Shown here one piece after another: positions 39,417-50,375 of a DNA stretch of 64,000 nt. The notes beneath the pieces were generated by a model. That model was not told where the DNA came from, did no database searches, and worked only from the letters and a program-made list of their open reading frames with translations. Numbering within the stretch: position 1 is the stretch's first letter; every line of letters begins with the position of its first letter. Source of the stretch: Candidatus Latescibacterota bacterium (GTDB taxonomy: Bacteria; Latescibacterota; UBA2968; GCA-2709665); NCBI GenBank assembly GCA_965226795.1, contig CBDDDZ010000004.1:640001-704000 (forward strand), written 5' to 3'. Both the position numbers and the translations under genes were made by a program.

Positions 39417-40469
39417 CTATGCTATAACACCTCCCCCCAGACAAATGTCGCCATCGTAGAAGACGGCCGATTGTCCGGCGGCCACACCCGGATCCGTTTC
39501 CGACATTTGCACGTTCAGCCGGGTACCGCCGGCGGGCGCAATGCGACACGGGACGGTCCGGGGGCCGTGTCGGATTTTGACGTGAACGTCGCGCCGATCG
39601 GGGGCGCCGGAGATCCAGTTCGGGTTTGATACCGTGAAACGACTGGACGCCCGGTCCGCCAGGTGTGTCCTGTGGGACACGTAGATGACGTTTCCATGGG
39701 TGTCTTTCCTGACCACGTACCAGGGGCCGGCGGCAAGGCCCAGGCCTTCGCGCTGGCCGATGGTGTAAAACCAGTAACCCCGGTGGCGACCGAGCCGGGC
39801 GCCCGATTCCAGTTCGATGATGTCACCGGGCCTTTCTCCAAGATGCACCCTGACAAAGTCGGTGTAACTGATTTTCCCCAGAAAACAGATGCCCTGGCTG
39901 TCCTTGCGGTTGTGGTTGGGCAGACCGAAGTTCCGTGCGTGTTGCCGGACCTGCGGTTTGGTGAGATGCCCGATGGGGAAACATGCGCGTTTGAGCTGCG
40001 CCTGGCTGAGTGCGGAAAGAAAGTATGTCTGGTCCTTGACGGGGTCCGGCGCCCGCCTCAGGTAACAGGTACCGTCTAATTCGTCGATTCGGGCATAATG
40101 CCCCGAAGCGACTTTGTGGTAGCTGCTGTCGATTCGTTTGGCGAACTCACCGAATTTGATGCGCCGATTGCAGACGATGTCCGGGCTCGGCGTGCGTCCG
40201 GCTCTGAGTTCGGACACGGCGTGGGAGACCACCCGGTCCAGGTATTCGGCCTGAAGGGACACAATACGGAGCGGAACACCGGCCTGTTCGGAGACAGCGC
40301 GCACGTACTTGAGGTCTTCCTCCCAGGGGCAGTCGCCCAGGAAGGCCAGTTCGTCTTCAAGCCAGACCTTGAGGTAGAATGCGGTGATCTCGTGGCGCCG
40401 CTCTCTGCACAACAGGTTGAGGGCCACGGAACTGTCGACGCCGCCGGAGAGCAGGAGGGCGATTTTCAT
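39417..40469 (-). CDS. mnmA: tRNA-specific 2-thiouridylase
   Basis: SGGVDSS, TPSPDIVCN..IKFG, SGHYA, KDQTYFL, DSQGICF, TIGQR, GQSAVFY. Confidence 0.96.
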   Translation of the reverse strand: MKIALLLSGGVDSSVALNLLCRERRHEITAFYLKVWLEDELAFLGDCPWEEDLKYVRAVSEQAGVPLRIVSLQAEYLDRVVSHAVSELRAGRTPSPDIVCNRRIKFGEFAKRIDSSYHKVASGHYARIDELDGTCYLRRAPDPVKDQTYFLSALSQAQLKRACFPIGHLTKPQVRQHARNFGLPNHNRKDSQGICFLGKISYTDFVRVHLGERPGDIIELESGARLGRHRGYWFYTIGQREGLGLAAGPWYVVRKDTHGNVIYVSHRTHLADRASSRFTVSNPNWISGAPDRRDVHVKIRHGPRTVPCRIAPAGGTRLNVQMSETDPGVAAGQSAVFYDGDICLGGGVIA

Positions 40470-40604
40470 GGCTGGCTTCAAGATGCACCATCCGCGCAAA
40501 GCGAATTTTTCGAATATCAGGGAACGCGCCCGCTGTTACGCACCGGCTTCCGTAGTGTCCGTTCGAATATCGGCGATGAAGGCATCACAGGCAATATCCA
40601 CACC

Positions 40605-41954
40605 TTACTTCCCGCTCGTCGACCCGCCGCCGCTTCCGCAACGCGCGAGGCATTCGGCCAGCGGCTCTATTGTCCTCAAATCCGCGCAACGCAATACGGT
40701 CTCTACCAGGTGTTCAGCGCGGCATCCGTCCGTGACCTGATCGATGAGACGATGGGCCTTCGAGACGAGGTCGTTTAAGGTGACGCCGCTGTCCGGATCC
40801 CCGGGTGCGGGCAGCGGTCCTATGCTGTGTGTCCGCCCTCCCGAAGTAGTGACGATCACCCTTGCCAGGGCTTCCCCCGGGAATCGGGCCTCGATGTCCG
40901 GGTCGACGGACATTTCAACGCGGTCCGACAGGGCGAGGACCTCTTCATCGTTCATGCCGCGGCCGGCTATTTCGGGAACGCCAACCCGGCCGTGAACAAA
41001 GGCGCAGGCAACCGGATAGGGCAGGCTGTATTGGGCCTCTTCGGTGTTGGCCGGCCGGCGAGTCCCCAGATGGGTCGCGGCCTCAAAGGTTTCGATTCTG
41101 ACCGAGGCGATGTTGTCGGGTGTCAGATCGTGCCTGGTGCGGAGTTCGAGAGCGCCTGCGATGGCAGGTTGGGCCCAACGGCAGCACGGATAAAACTTGT
41201 AATAGACCCTTTCGATCCACCAGTCGGTCCCGAGAGTTTGCATCGATCCGCGGTACTCGTCCGCATATGGAGTCGCGCTCGTGCCCGTGAAACCGCGGGC
41301 CGCGAGCTGAGCGGCAGTGACGCCCACAAAGGCGCCCCAGTGGATACCGTCTTTCACCATGGCCGGATGACGCACGCAAATCATAATGGGCGCGAGGGGC
41401 GCGTGATATTCGGCAATGGCGAGCGCGTGTTCCACCTCTTGAGGTCCGAGTTTCAGCAGACGGGCGCAGGCGGCCGCGGCGCCGAGACTGCCCCACGATC
41501 CGGAACCGTGGTAACTGGGTCCCCTTTGGGGATGGCAGTGCCAGATCGTGCCGGCGCGCATGCCAACTTCGTAACCGATGGCCACCGCCGCAAGAAAATC
41601 GGCCCCCGAAGCGTTTTCGGCCTGTGCCATCGCAAGCGCCGCGGGGATGATGACCTCGCCCGGATGTCCCTTGGCCCCCCGGAACCCGTCGTCGACATCC
41701 AGCGCATTGGCGGCACAGGCGTTTGCCAGGGCGGCGCCTGTGCCGCTGCCTATCCTTCCTCGACCTGCGATCGTGGCTTCGTCGCCCGGGAAGGCCGTTG
41801 CGGCGTAGTCCGCCATAATATTCGCGGCGGGCGTGGCCGTGCCTGCAATGGTTGCGGCGAATAGGTCCAGAAGGTTCTTGCTCAGTAGCTTCCGAACCTC
41901 ATTCGGAAGATCGCCGTATCGGACGTGTGTGATGAAATCGTTTATCGGGTGCAA
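40605..41954 (-). CDS. MmgE/PrpD family protein (C-terminal part of the 728-aa ORF 40605-42791)
   Basis: AANALDVDDG, KGHPG, AIGYEVG, KFYPCCRWAQ, EAQYSLPY; possible TTG start at 41954 without a clear RBS. Confidence 0.85.
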   Translation of the reverse strand: MHPINDFITHVRYGDLPNEVRKLLSKNLLDLFAATIAGTATPAANIMADYAATAFPGDEATIAGRGRIGSGTGAALANACAANALDVDDGFRGAKGHPGEVIIPAALAMAQAENASGADFLAAVAIGYEVGMRAGTIWHCHPQRGPSYHGSGSWGSLGAAAACARLLKLGPQEVEHALAIAEYHAPLAPIMICVRHPAMVKDGIHWGAFVGVTAAQLAARGFTGTSATPYADEYRGSMQTLGTDWWIERVYYKFYPCCRWAQPAIAGALELRTRHDLTPDNIASVRIETFEAATHLGTRRPANTEEAQYSLPYPVACAFVHGRVGVPEIAGRGMNDEEVLALSDRVEMSVDPDIEARFPGEALARVIVTTSGGRTHSIGPLPAPGDPDSGVTLNDLVSKAHRLIDQVTDGCRAEHLVETVLRCADLRTIEPLAECLARCGSGGGSTSGK

Positions 41955-42061
41955 GTTGGTGAGGCGAATCCAAGAAGGTGATCGTGGACATGAGGCACGA
42001 AGACGGACTTTCAAGGTTCGACCGGGCTGATAGTACATTTGGAACGGTCCAGACGGGGCGC

Positions 42062-42791
42062 GCACCACCGACGCGGTCAAGGCGCCTTCCATGGCGCATT
42101 TTGCCGTCTCCAAGAGCGTCGCGTGAAAGGCGTTGCTCCTCAGGACCCGCTGCGCCGCTTCCAGTTCCCTCGGCGCCATATGATCGCTGCCCCGAGCACG
42201 ATTCAGGGACGCGTCCTCAAACAGACCGTTGGACGCTAGTTGACTGCCGCCCTCGCTATGTGGGTGGATATGACTCCAGTCCTTACCCTCCAGATACTTC
42301 GCCGTGGACTCGGGTCCCGCCGCCCGGATCGATTCGGGGATCGCCTCCCAGACCTTCTGTGCCTCGGGCAAGCCGCGTGAGGCGCCTCGTGTCCCGGCGT
42401 ACAGGTACTTTGTCGGCTCCACGTTCGCCCAGTCGAGGTTGAGCGAAAAGCGGGAAAGCTGACCGTAAGCATCCCAGAACGGCATCGGGTCGCGCATCAC
42501 CTCCAACATCTTCTGGAAGGAAGCTGTTGTCCGCACCTTCTCTGAGACGACCAGGACACCCGCCGTCACTCCGGTGATGACCGGCGCGCCATGAGACCGG
42601 GTAACGGACACGACTGCGGCGACGCCCTGGCGAGCCTTATCGGCGGACCAAGCTGCTGAGTCCTTGATTCCGTCCATGGCCTGCGCCGCCCCCTCACGGG
42701 CACTTTCGGCGAATCGTTTCGATTTCTCACCCTGATTCAGTCGCGCCCGGATGGCATGTTTGACCGCGTCAGTCAATGACTTGTCGGTCAT
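42062..42791 (-). CDS. Hypothetical protein with HNH-like motif, apparently truncated and in frame with MmgE/PrpD
   Basis: DWSHIHPHSEGGSQLASNGLFEDASLNRARG resembles the HNH pattern DHIxPxSxGG...N...N; no stop before the MmgE/PrpD domain. Confidence 0.55.
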
Positions 42792-42988
42792 CTAGGCAAG
42801 CCTTCTGGCCGTGGCATGGGTTTGTGCATCATCTACTGTTAGCGCCATGCCTATATCCTCCGCGTCCAGATCAAAAAAAGTGGCATAAACAACCTGAAGT
42901 AGCAACTCTAACCTTGATTCGACATATTTCGGCAGCTTTAGCCGACGACTTGGTCTGAATTATCCGGGTTAGATCCGGTTTTCCCGCT

Positions 42989-43903
42989 TCATTCCATGAG
43001 AATCTGTCTCTGGATGTCCAGTCCGACCCGGTTGCACCACGCAGCCAGCATATCCCGAAACAATGGGCCGGGCTCACCGCTGCCAACTGGTATATTGTTG
43101 AATTTCGTACAGGGGGCGATGCAATATGGCGTAGTGGTCAGCCAGGCCTCGTCGGCATTCGCGACGTCGTATGGCTGAAGATCCTTTTCGATCCAGTTGA
43201 GACCGAGGTCGGCTGACAGTTCCTTGACGGTGAGGAGGCTGACGCCCTGAAGTATGTTGCGTGTGGTGGGGGAGTAGATTGTGCGGTCCACAACGATGAC
43301 AAAGTTGGATCCGGCACATTCCGTGACGTTACCGTCCAGGTCGAGAAGCAGCGTAATCGCTTCCGGGTCTACCGCGTGGGTTTGCTGGTCGGCCAGCCAC
43401 CAGTGCAGGCGGGACCGGTTCTTGGTCTTCGGATCCAGGCATTGGGGCGGCACGTGCCGCACGGCGGGTGTGACAACGTGGGCGCCGACCTCGAAGAGAT
43501 GACGCCAGACGCGGAAGGGCAGCGGAAAGGAATGAATACAGACGGTTGGCGTGAGGCGCGCGCTGCCGGCGGCGCTACCGGCGTAGATTTCGTTTTCGCC
43601 CGGGGTGATGAAGTGTACAATGCCAAGGTCGGCCCCCGGCTCGATCAATTCCCGGTTCGTCTGGATGAGTTCGAGGGTTTTCTCCCGCATCCGGTTCCAC
43701 GTGAGCGGTGGTTGAATGCCGGCGTATTTGCACGATCGGTAGAGCCTGTCCAGGTGATCGTCCAGGCGAAACGGCGCGTGGGCGAAGGTACGGGTCATTT
43801 CGGTGAGCGTGGCGCCCAGAATGATGCCCAAGTCGTAAATCTTGATTGCGGCCTGAGAGGCAGGCACGAAATCTCCATTGAGGTAGACGATGGGTTCCTT
43901 CAT
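42989..43903 (-). CDS. PLP-dependent aminotransferase class IV (IlvE/PabC-like)
   Basis: VYLNGDFVP, FRLDDHLDRL, PKTK, VTECAGSN, ILQGVS, ADEAWLT. Confidence 0.9.
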   Translation of the reverse strand: MKEPIVYLNGDFVPASQAAIKIYDLGIILGATLTEMTRTFAHAPFRLDDHLDRLYRSCKYAGIQPPLTWNRMREKTLELIQTNRELIEPGADLGIVHFITPGENEIYAGSAAGSARLTPTVCIHSFPLPFRVWRHLFEVGAHVVTPAVRHVPPQCLDPKTKNRSRLHWWLADQQTHAVDPEAITLLLDLDGNVTECAGSNFVIVVDRTIYSPTTRNILQGVSLLTVKELSADLGLNWIEKDLQPYDVANADEAWLTTTPYCIAPCTKFNNIPVGSGEPGPLFRDMLAAWCNRVGLDIQRQILME

Positions 43904-43950
43904 ATACTTGCTCTAACCACCGGATTACTGGTGAGACGCCGAAATACGTT

Positions 43951-45264
43951 CTATGTGATCCCCCGGGCCTTGAAGGACTCGAGCGTCCTGTTGACGATTT
44001 CCTCCATGCCGGGCGCCAGCCGTGCCGGATAGCTATATTCCGGGTAGGCGACAACTTCGTAGCCGCCTTCAGGGAGCTGCCGAGACACGGGCAGGTACAT
44101 GGCTTCACCGTTTGAATAACCCAATGGGAACGTGACCCCTTCGCCGTAGAAGACAAGAATGTTGAGACCATGTTCGGCCACGGGTTCCCCCTCGATGGCG
44201 GCGATTCGCAGGCCGTCTCCCAGCCGGATACCCTGAATAAGTACGGAGGCGGCTCCGGGCAGGTTGCGACCCCGGTCGAGCAGGTCCAGTTGCCGGGCGC
44301 CCCAGAGTTCGTAGATACCTTGGTCGTTGACGGGTGCGCCGGGTTTCAGGCCGGCGGCGCGTTCTTCGAATTCGTTCCGGTCGTATGCTTCCAGAGGCCA
44401 ATGGGTTTCGGCCAGGGCTGACTTAAGGCCGGGTTCAATCCGTTTCAGACCGGCGTCCAGAAGGGCGATGACTTCGTCGCCAAGCTTCCTCCCCACCCGT
44501 TCCACAACGTCCCAGTCGTCGCTGAGCCAAGTGTCCCTTTCTTTCCCGGCGACGCTGGTTTTGCCATCTCCGCCGCAGCCCTGGAGAAACATGCTGCATT
44601 CGGCGCCCAGGTGGGAATCCACCCGATCCGTGGCGACGCCTGGATATTCGGCCGAGATCGCTGTGCCGCTGACTATGGAAGGGTGCGCGGAGATGGAGAA
44701 CAGGCAGGCGACCGGCCTGCCATCGCAACCCGTGAAGAGGCAGACGGGCAGGGCATCGCAGACGATGCCCTCGGGAAAGGGCCGATTCTCGATCGACCCG
44801 TTCGGCATGGGTCTGCGCCGGGACATGGGCACCTGGGAACGTCCCATCCCTGCCGTGAGCACGACCTCACGCGCCCGCGCTTTCGCTTCGTTTTCCGCCT
44901 GCACCACCGCGGTTTCCAGTTCCTGGAGGTAGAGCCGGTCATGAGGCATATAGTCACCATAAGCCCAGTAACCCGAAGCCGGACCGACATGGCTGTGGGA
45001 GGCAATCAGAAGAATCTGGCGGGGCTTGAGATCCAGAAGGCGGCCGATTACACCTTTGAAACGATCCGAATCCTCCCGGCCGATAAAACACATATCGAAC
45101 GCAACCACAACCGCCTCCTCGCCGTTGTGGGCGAGATAGAGCGCACGCGTGTAAATGTCGTCTCGAATGGATTCACTGCCCGGGCCTCGGTCCCGGCTGC
45201 CGAAACCCATCATTCGGGTGCCCCTGGGCGGATTCATGCTGACTCTGGAGAAACCCGCTCTCAT
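43951..45264 (-). CDS. Neutral/alkaline ceramidase-like family protein
   Basis: MRAGFSRVSMNP, DDIYTRAL, ASHSHVGP, SAHP, ISAEYPG, FLQGCGGD, GYSNG...Y.P...EGGYE. Confidence 0.75.
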   Translation of the reverse strand: MRAGFSRVSMNPPRGTRMMGFGSRDRGPGSESIRDDIYTRALYLAHNGEEAVVVAFDMCFIGREDSDRFKGVIGRLLDLKPRQILLIASHSHVGPASGYWAYGDYMPHDRLYLQELETAVVQAENEAKARAREVVLTAGMGRSQVPMSRRRPMPNGSIENRPFPEGIVCDALPVCLFTGCDGRPVACLFSISAHPSIVSGTAISAEYPGVATDRVDSHLGAECSMFLQGCGGDGKTSVAGKERDTWLSDDWDVVERVGRKLGDEVIALLDAGLKRIEPGLKSALAETHWPLEAYDRNEFEERAAGLKPGAPVNDQGIYELWGARQLDLLDRGRNLPGAASVLIQGIRLGDGLRIAAIEGEPVAEHGLNILVFYGEGVTFPLGYSNGEAMYLPVSRQLPEGGYEVVAYPEYSYPARLAPGMEEIVNRTLESFKARGIT

Positions 45265-45808
45265 CCGTCTTGACCCCTTACACTGTGTCTGATGAAGACG
45301 ATCGTCACGATAGGTGTTGGTCCTGTCGTACCCCGCGTGATGTTGACTCGGAAATGTAAATGCGGCCGGCACACAACAGCGCACGAGTAGGATGTCTCGG
45401 CCTGTCGAAGGAGCGTGTTGCACGGAAAGGCGCCGGCTCCTGAATTCGACGAATTTGCCATTCGAAGCGGCGGGAAAGAAGGAGCAGAAGCAAGATTCAC
45501 CGCAAGTCTTGCATTGGAAACAGGAGGCCTGGCACTGAGCAATACGGAGTGCCAAACAATCCGTACCTAATATACCGATTGTGCGATCTCAAGACAAATT
45601 GAAAGGGAATTCGCGGCGTTGAGAGGGAGAAACTCCGCTTGACTGCGGAGAGGCGGGTGCTTCCGTGCGGTAAACAGTCGACGACATCCTCTGGGTCTTG
45701 CTTGATTCTTTCGAGACGTGTCGAGCTGGATGTCCTGTCGTTTGGTTTTTTTTACCTGGTCAAGAACACTGACAGGTGTCACGCGGGTATGTCCCAGCCT
45801 GTTCGGCG

Positions 45809-47344
45809 CTACATCCACAGATTCCGGTCCAAACTGCGGTACTGAATGGCCTCCCCGACATGCTGAGGTTTAATTTCGGATTCTTCTTCCAGATCCGCAA
45901 TGGTGCGGCTCACTTTCAAGATACGGTCGTAGGCGCGTGCGGACAGGCCGAGTTTTGTGATTGCCAATTTGAGGAGTTCTTCACCTTTGCCATCGATTCG
46001 GCAATATTCCCGAATTTCCGCGGAACCCATGTGCGCATTGCAGAACAGGTGTTTTTTCTCCTGGAAGCGATGAAGTTGTACCTGACGGGCCGCATTGACC
46101 CCTTCGCGAATGGCGTGGGATGATTCTCCGCCGGGTTCACCGGCAAGTTCAGTGTAGTCGACTCCTGGTACTTCAATGTGAATGTCGATGCGGTCAAGGA
46201 GTGGACCGGAAATTCGGGCCATATACCTCTGAATGCTCGGCGGGGAACACGTGCATTCGTTCTTGGGATCGCCGAAGTATCCGCAGGGGCACGGGTTCAG
46301 GGCGCAGGCAAGCATGAATTGTGCCGGGTAGGTCAGAGAGACCATTGCACGGGCAATGGTGACGAATCCGTCCTCAAGAGGTTGCCGCAGCACTTCGAGG
46401 ACATGCTTCTTGAACTCGGGAAGCTCGTCCAGAAAGAGAACCCCGTGGTGCGCAAGGGAGACCTCGCCCGGTCGCGGGTGAGGTCCGCCACCGATCAGGC
46501 CGGCGTCCGAGATGGTGTGGTGAGGGGAACGGAAGGGCCGGACGGCCACCAGGGTGGTATCCGGAGGCAGCAGTCCGGCGACAGAGTGTATTTTTGTGGC
46601 TTCGAGGGCTTCATCCAGGGTCAGGTCCGGCAGGATGGTGGGAAGGCGGCGGGTGAGCATCGTTTTTCCGGAACCGGGCGGACCGATCATAATAATGTTA
46701 TGGCCGCCGCTGGCCGCCACCTCCAGCGCGCGCTTGGCATGCACCTGGCCCCGGACATCGCGAAAATCAATACGGTAGTCCAGGGCCTGGCTGAGGATTT
46801 GGTCGATATCGACCTGGAGTGGCGGTACGGCACGATAGCCCTCGAGGAAGTCCAGCGTCTCCAACAGATCGCCGACCGGATGGACATCGATGCCGCCCAC
46901 AATGGCTGCTTCGCGGGCATTTTCGCGAGGGAGGATCATACCCTTGAGACCTGCCCGGCGGGTCTCGACAGCCATCGGCAGGACGCCCCGGAACGGCCGG
47001 ACGGCCCCGTCGAGAGCAAGTTCGCCGAGAATCGTGTATTGGGAGAGAATTTCAGGCGAGATATCTCCGGCGGCGGCCAGGATGCCCACCGCAATGGGCA
47101 GGTCGAAGGCCGATCCTTCCTTACGGATGTCCGCGGGAGCGAGATTGACGGTTACACGACGATTCGGAAAAGCCCGACCGGTGTTCTTGATGGCGGCGGT
47201 CACGCGATCCCGGCTCTCCTTGACGGCGTTGTCCGGCAGGCCTACGACCGAGAATGCGGGAACCTGATAGTCCAGATCGGTCTCTATGTGTACGATATAG
47301 GCGTCAATACCCAGAGTGGCGCAGCTCAACACGCGGGACATCAT
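45809..47344 (-). CDS. comM: YifB/ComM Mg-chelatase-like AAA+ ATPase
   Basis: [61 protein letters not shown]. Confidence 0.95.
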   Translation of the reverse strand: MMSRVLSCATLGIDAYIVHIETDLDYQVPAFSVVGLPDNAVKESRDRVTAAIKNTGRAFPNRRVTVNLAPADIRKEGSAFDLPIAVGILAAAGDISPEILSQYTILGELALDGAVRPFRGVLPMAVETRRAGLKGMILPRENAREAAIVGGIDVHPVGDLLETLDFLEGYRAVPPLQVDIDQILSQALDYRIDFRDVRGQVHAKRALEVAASGGHNIIMIGPPGSGKTMLTRRLPTILPDLTLDEALEATKIHSVAGLLPPDTTLVAVRPFRSPHHTISDAGLIGGGPHPRPGEVSLAHHGVLFLDELPEFKKHVLEVLRQPLEDGFVTIARAMVSLTYPAQFMLACALNPCPCGYFGDPKNECTCSPPSIQRYMARISGPLLDRIDIHIEVPGVDYTELAGEPGGESSHAIREGVNAARQVQLHRFQEKKHLFCNAHMGSAEIREYCRIDGKGEELLKLAITKLGLSARAYDRILKVSRTIADLEEESEIKPQHVGEAIQYRSLDRNLWM

Positions 47345-47609
47345 ATGGGCCTCCTCGGAGCCTGCGAGGAATGCAACTGAACTCCGTGGAAGCGTTTTGT
47401 TCCGCAAGGAGTCCGGTGTTGGCGAAGCGAATCCCCGACAAGGCCTGAAAACGCAAAGGGCGTGCCAGAGAAATCGGATACATCTAACTTGCTGTCCGGA
47501 AAAGAGATGGGGCTGACGACAGGAGCAATGGAAGGAAAGGAGGGAAAGGGATTTTCAACGATCGGCGAAGGGATTGAACAATATGTTGATGGACCGGACC
47601 GGCTGACCC

Positions 47610-48835
47610 CTAGAGGAGCTGGTCCGGGTTTACGTCGGCCGCATAGTCGACCGCAGGAAGGCCGAAGCCGAAGAGCTTGAGGAATTCCTTGCGATAGCCC
47701 TGCAGATCCGCAATCGCCTCCAGATTTTCGGTCGTTACGGAATCCCAGAGGGATGAGATGCACGACTGCACGTCTTCTCTGAACTCGAGGTCATCGATGC
47801 GAATGCGCACGACTGCACGTCTTCTCTGAACTCGAGGTCATCGATGCGAATGCGCCCGCTCCCGTCGGTGGGAACGGGCGGACCGGCGTAGACTCTATCC
47901 TTAAGGAGCCGGTACATCTGTTGAATGCATCCTTCGTGAATGCCTTTCTCTTTCATGATTTTATATAGCAGGGAAATGTATAGCGGCACCACCGGAATCG
48001 CCGCACTGGATTGGGTGACCACGGCCTTGTTTGCGGAGACGTAGGCGCTCCCGTTTCTTTTCTTCATCCGGGCGTCCAATTTCTGAGCCGTGGCCTCAAG
48101 GTGAGTTTTCGCCTTCCCGATCGTACCCTCTCCGTAGATGGGCTGGGTCAGACGAGGTCCAATATAGGTGAAGGCGACCGTGCGTACCCCCTCGGAAAGT
48201 ACGTCTGCTGCTTCGAGGGCCCGAATCCACATCTCCCAATCTTCTCCGCCCATTACGGCAACGGTATTGTCGATCTCGTCGTCGCTCGCCGGTTCTATGG
48301 TCACTTGCGAGACGACGCCCGTGTGGACATCCACCGTTTTGCCCGTGTAGGGTTCGCCCACAGGTTTCAATACGGAGTTGTATTGCACTCCTGTTTGGGG
48401 ATGGCGTCGCCGCGGCGACGCCAGGCTATAGACCACGAGATCGACGTTTCCCAGATCTTTTTTGATGACTGAAATGGTCTGTTCCTTGACATCGTCGGAA
48501 AACGCGTCGCCGTTGATGCTACCTGCAAAATAGGCCGCGTCCCGTGCGGCGCGTTCGAAGGCGACCGAATTGTACCATCCCGCCGTGGCCGTGCGATTCC
48601 TCACAGCCGGTTTTTCAAAGAAAACGCCCACGGTCCTGGCCCCCCCACCGAAGCAGGCCGCAATTCGAGAGGCCAGCCCGTAACCCGTCGACGCACCGAC
48701 AACCAGTACGTTCCGGAAGCCTTTCAGGGGCGGCTGTTTTTTTACCCAGTCGATCTGTTCGTGGACACCGTGTGCGCATCCGACGGGGTGCGCCGTCGTA
48801 CATATGAATCCTCGAATTCTGGATTTGATGATCAT
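47610..48835 (-). pseudogene. fabV: Enoyl-ACP reductase FabV / trans-2-enoyl-CoA reductase, frameshifted near the 3' end by a 47-bp tandem duplication (may be artefact)
   Basis: RGFICTTAHPVGC, GASTGYGLASRI, NGDAFS, YSLASP, VMGGEDW, GTIGKAK, HEGCIQQ; the C-terminus (EFLKLFGF) is in another frame. Confidence 0.9.
47760..47853. repeat. Exact 47-bp tandem duplication
   Basis: GCACGACTGCACGTCTTCTCTGAACTCGAGGTCATCGATGCGAATGC at 47760 and 47807. Confidence 0.95.
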
Positions 48836-48956
48836 TGGACCGTCCTATCCGAAAATCGGGCCTTATATGGCGGGTTCGGTTTCACATTTTCGCCTGTTGC
48901 GGATTACAGGTTTCACGAGATCCTGCACTTGCCGCCGCCGCGAAATCGTTGTGGAA

Positions 48957-50375
48957 TCACGTTTTTCCCTCCGGTTCGGCAGCGGGTCGTGTTTCCCTCC
49001 AGGGCGAGAGCGATTCAAAGGCGGCGGAGGCGCGCAACACACCCACGTCGTCGCGCCAACGCCCGACAATCTGAAGGCCAACCGGCAATCCGTTCCCTGC
49101 AAAACCGGCCGGAACGGTGGCCGCCGGCTGGCCCGTGATATTGAACGGATACGTAAAAGCGGTCCAGCCGAGATAACTGGTCGGATGGCCCGCGATGTCA
49201 CCCGGATGGTCGTGCCCGGCGGTAAAGGCCGTAACCGGAAGTGTCGGGCTGAGAAACAGGTCGAATGCGCTCATGAACTCGCGCCAGCCGTGGTAGTAGT
49301 CATTGCGCCGCCCATAGGCGGTTGACAGTTCGGCGCCGGAGACGCATTTTCCCGTTTCAATCACGGACACAAGGCCGGCGTCCAGCAGGTGCCGGACGTC
49401 GTTCAGATTGTCCTTGAACACGCCCGCGAACGAGGCGGACCAGATCGTGTCTGCAATATCCCAGGGGTCGGACAGTCCGGGATGGGCTTCTTCGACATGA
49501 CAGCCGAGTTCCTGGAACCGCGCGGCCGCCGCGGCCGCGATCGTTCGGACCTCGGGGTCGGTCCGGGCGTACCCGAGATCGGGAGACCACGCAATGCGCA
49601 GGCCGGCAATATCACCGTCCATTTCGTTGAGGTAATCGGTGGAATCGGGCAGCGAGAGGCGGTCCATGGGGTGGGCGCCGGCCATGGCCGTGAGCATCAT
49701 CGCGGCATCCTTCACCGTGCGGGTAATGGGACCGGCGTGGGAAAGCAATTCGACCACACTGGCCGGGTACTGTGGAACGCGCCCCCAGGACGGTTTGAGT
49801 CCGTAGAGGCCGCAGAAACTGCACGGGATGCGGATGGAGCCGGCGCCGTCCGTTCCCTGGGCGATGGGTCCCATACCCAGGGCGACGGCGGCTGCCGCGC
49901 CTCCGCTGGATCCGCCAGCCGTACGGCCGTACATCCAGGGATTGTGCACCGGACCGTTGACGCGGTTTCCGGAGTCTCCCTTCCAGCCCAGTTCCGGGGT
50001 GGTGGTTTTGCCAAGAAGGACCATCCCGGCGTTGGAGAGGCGCTCCGCAAGCGGTGCGTCGTAATCCGGCACCCAATTGTTGTAGAGCAGGGAGCCCCTG
50101 GCGGTGCGAATACCTTTTGTGGGGGTGAGATCCTTGAGCGAACCGGGGATACCGGCCAGAATCCCGGCTTCTCCCCTGATATAGGCACTTTCGGCGCACT
50201 TTGCCTGTTCGAGGGCGCGTTCGCAGGTGACGGTAACGTAGGGGTTGAACGCAGGGTTGAGCCGTTCAATCCGGTGCAGCAGCGTTTTCGTGACTTCGAC
50301 GGGCGAGAGTTCACGCTTCCGATACAGGTTGCGCAGTTCGAATGCCGAAAGATAACAGAGATCGGCTGAATTCAT
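48957..50375 (-). CDS. Amidase signature family protein
   Basis: GIPGSLKD, GKTTTPE, GGSSGG, GTDGAGSIRIP, FNITGQPA. Confidence 0.93.
   Translation of the reverse strand: MNSADLCYLSAFELRNLYRKRELSPVEVTKTLLHRIERLNPAFNPYVTVTCERALEQAKCAESAYIRGEAGILAGIPGSLKDLTPTKGIRTARGSLLYNNWVPDYDAPLAERLSNAGMVLLGKTTTPELGWKGDSGNRVNGPVHNPWMYGRTAGGSSGGAAAAVALGMGPIAQGTDGAGSIRIPCSFCGLYGLKPSWGRVPQYPASVVELLSHAGPITRTVKDAAMMLTAMAGAHPMDRLSLPDSTDYLNEMDGDIAGLRIAWSPDLGYARTDPEVRTIAAAAAARFQELGCHVEEAHPGLSDPWDIADTIWSASFAGVFKDNLNDVRHLLDAGLVSVIETGKCVSGAELSTAYGRRNDYYHGWREFMSAFDLFLSPTLPVTAFTAGHDHPGDIAGHPTSYLGWTAFTYPFNITGQPAATVPAGFAGNGLPVGLQIVGRWRDDVGVLRASAAFESLSPWRETRPAAEPEGKT

Noticed and set aside
45528..45556. Sigma54-like TGGCAC...TTGC site and TGGCACT/AGTGCCA palindrome
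   Set aside because: GG-to-GC spacing is 11 rather than the required 10; the palindrome alone is too weak to call.
47380..47600. Possible highly degenerate MITE relatives here and at 12650-12740, 55580-55700 and 57050-57125
   Set aside because: Similarity is fragmentary and termini could not be defined by eye.
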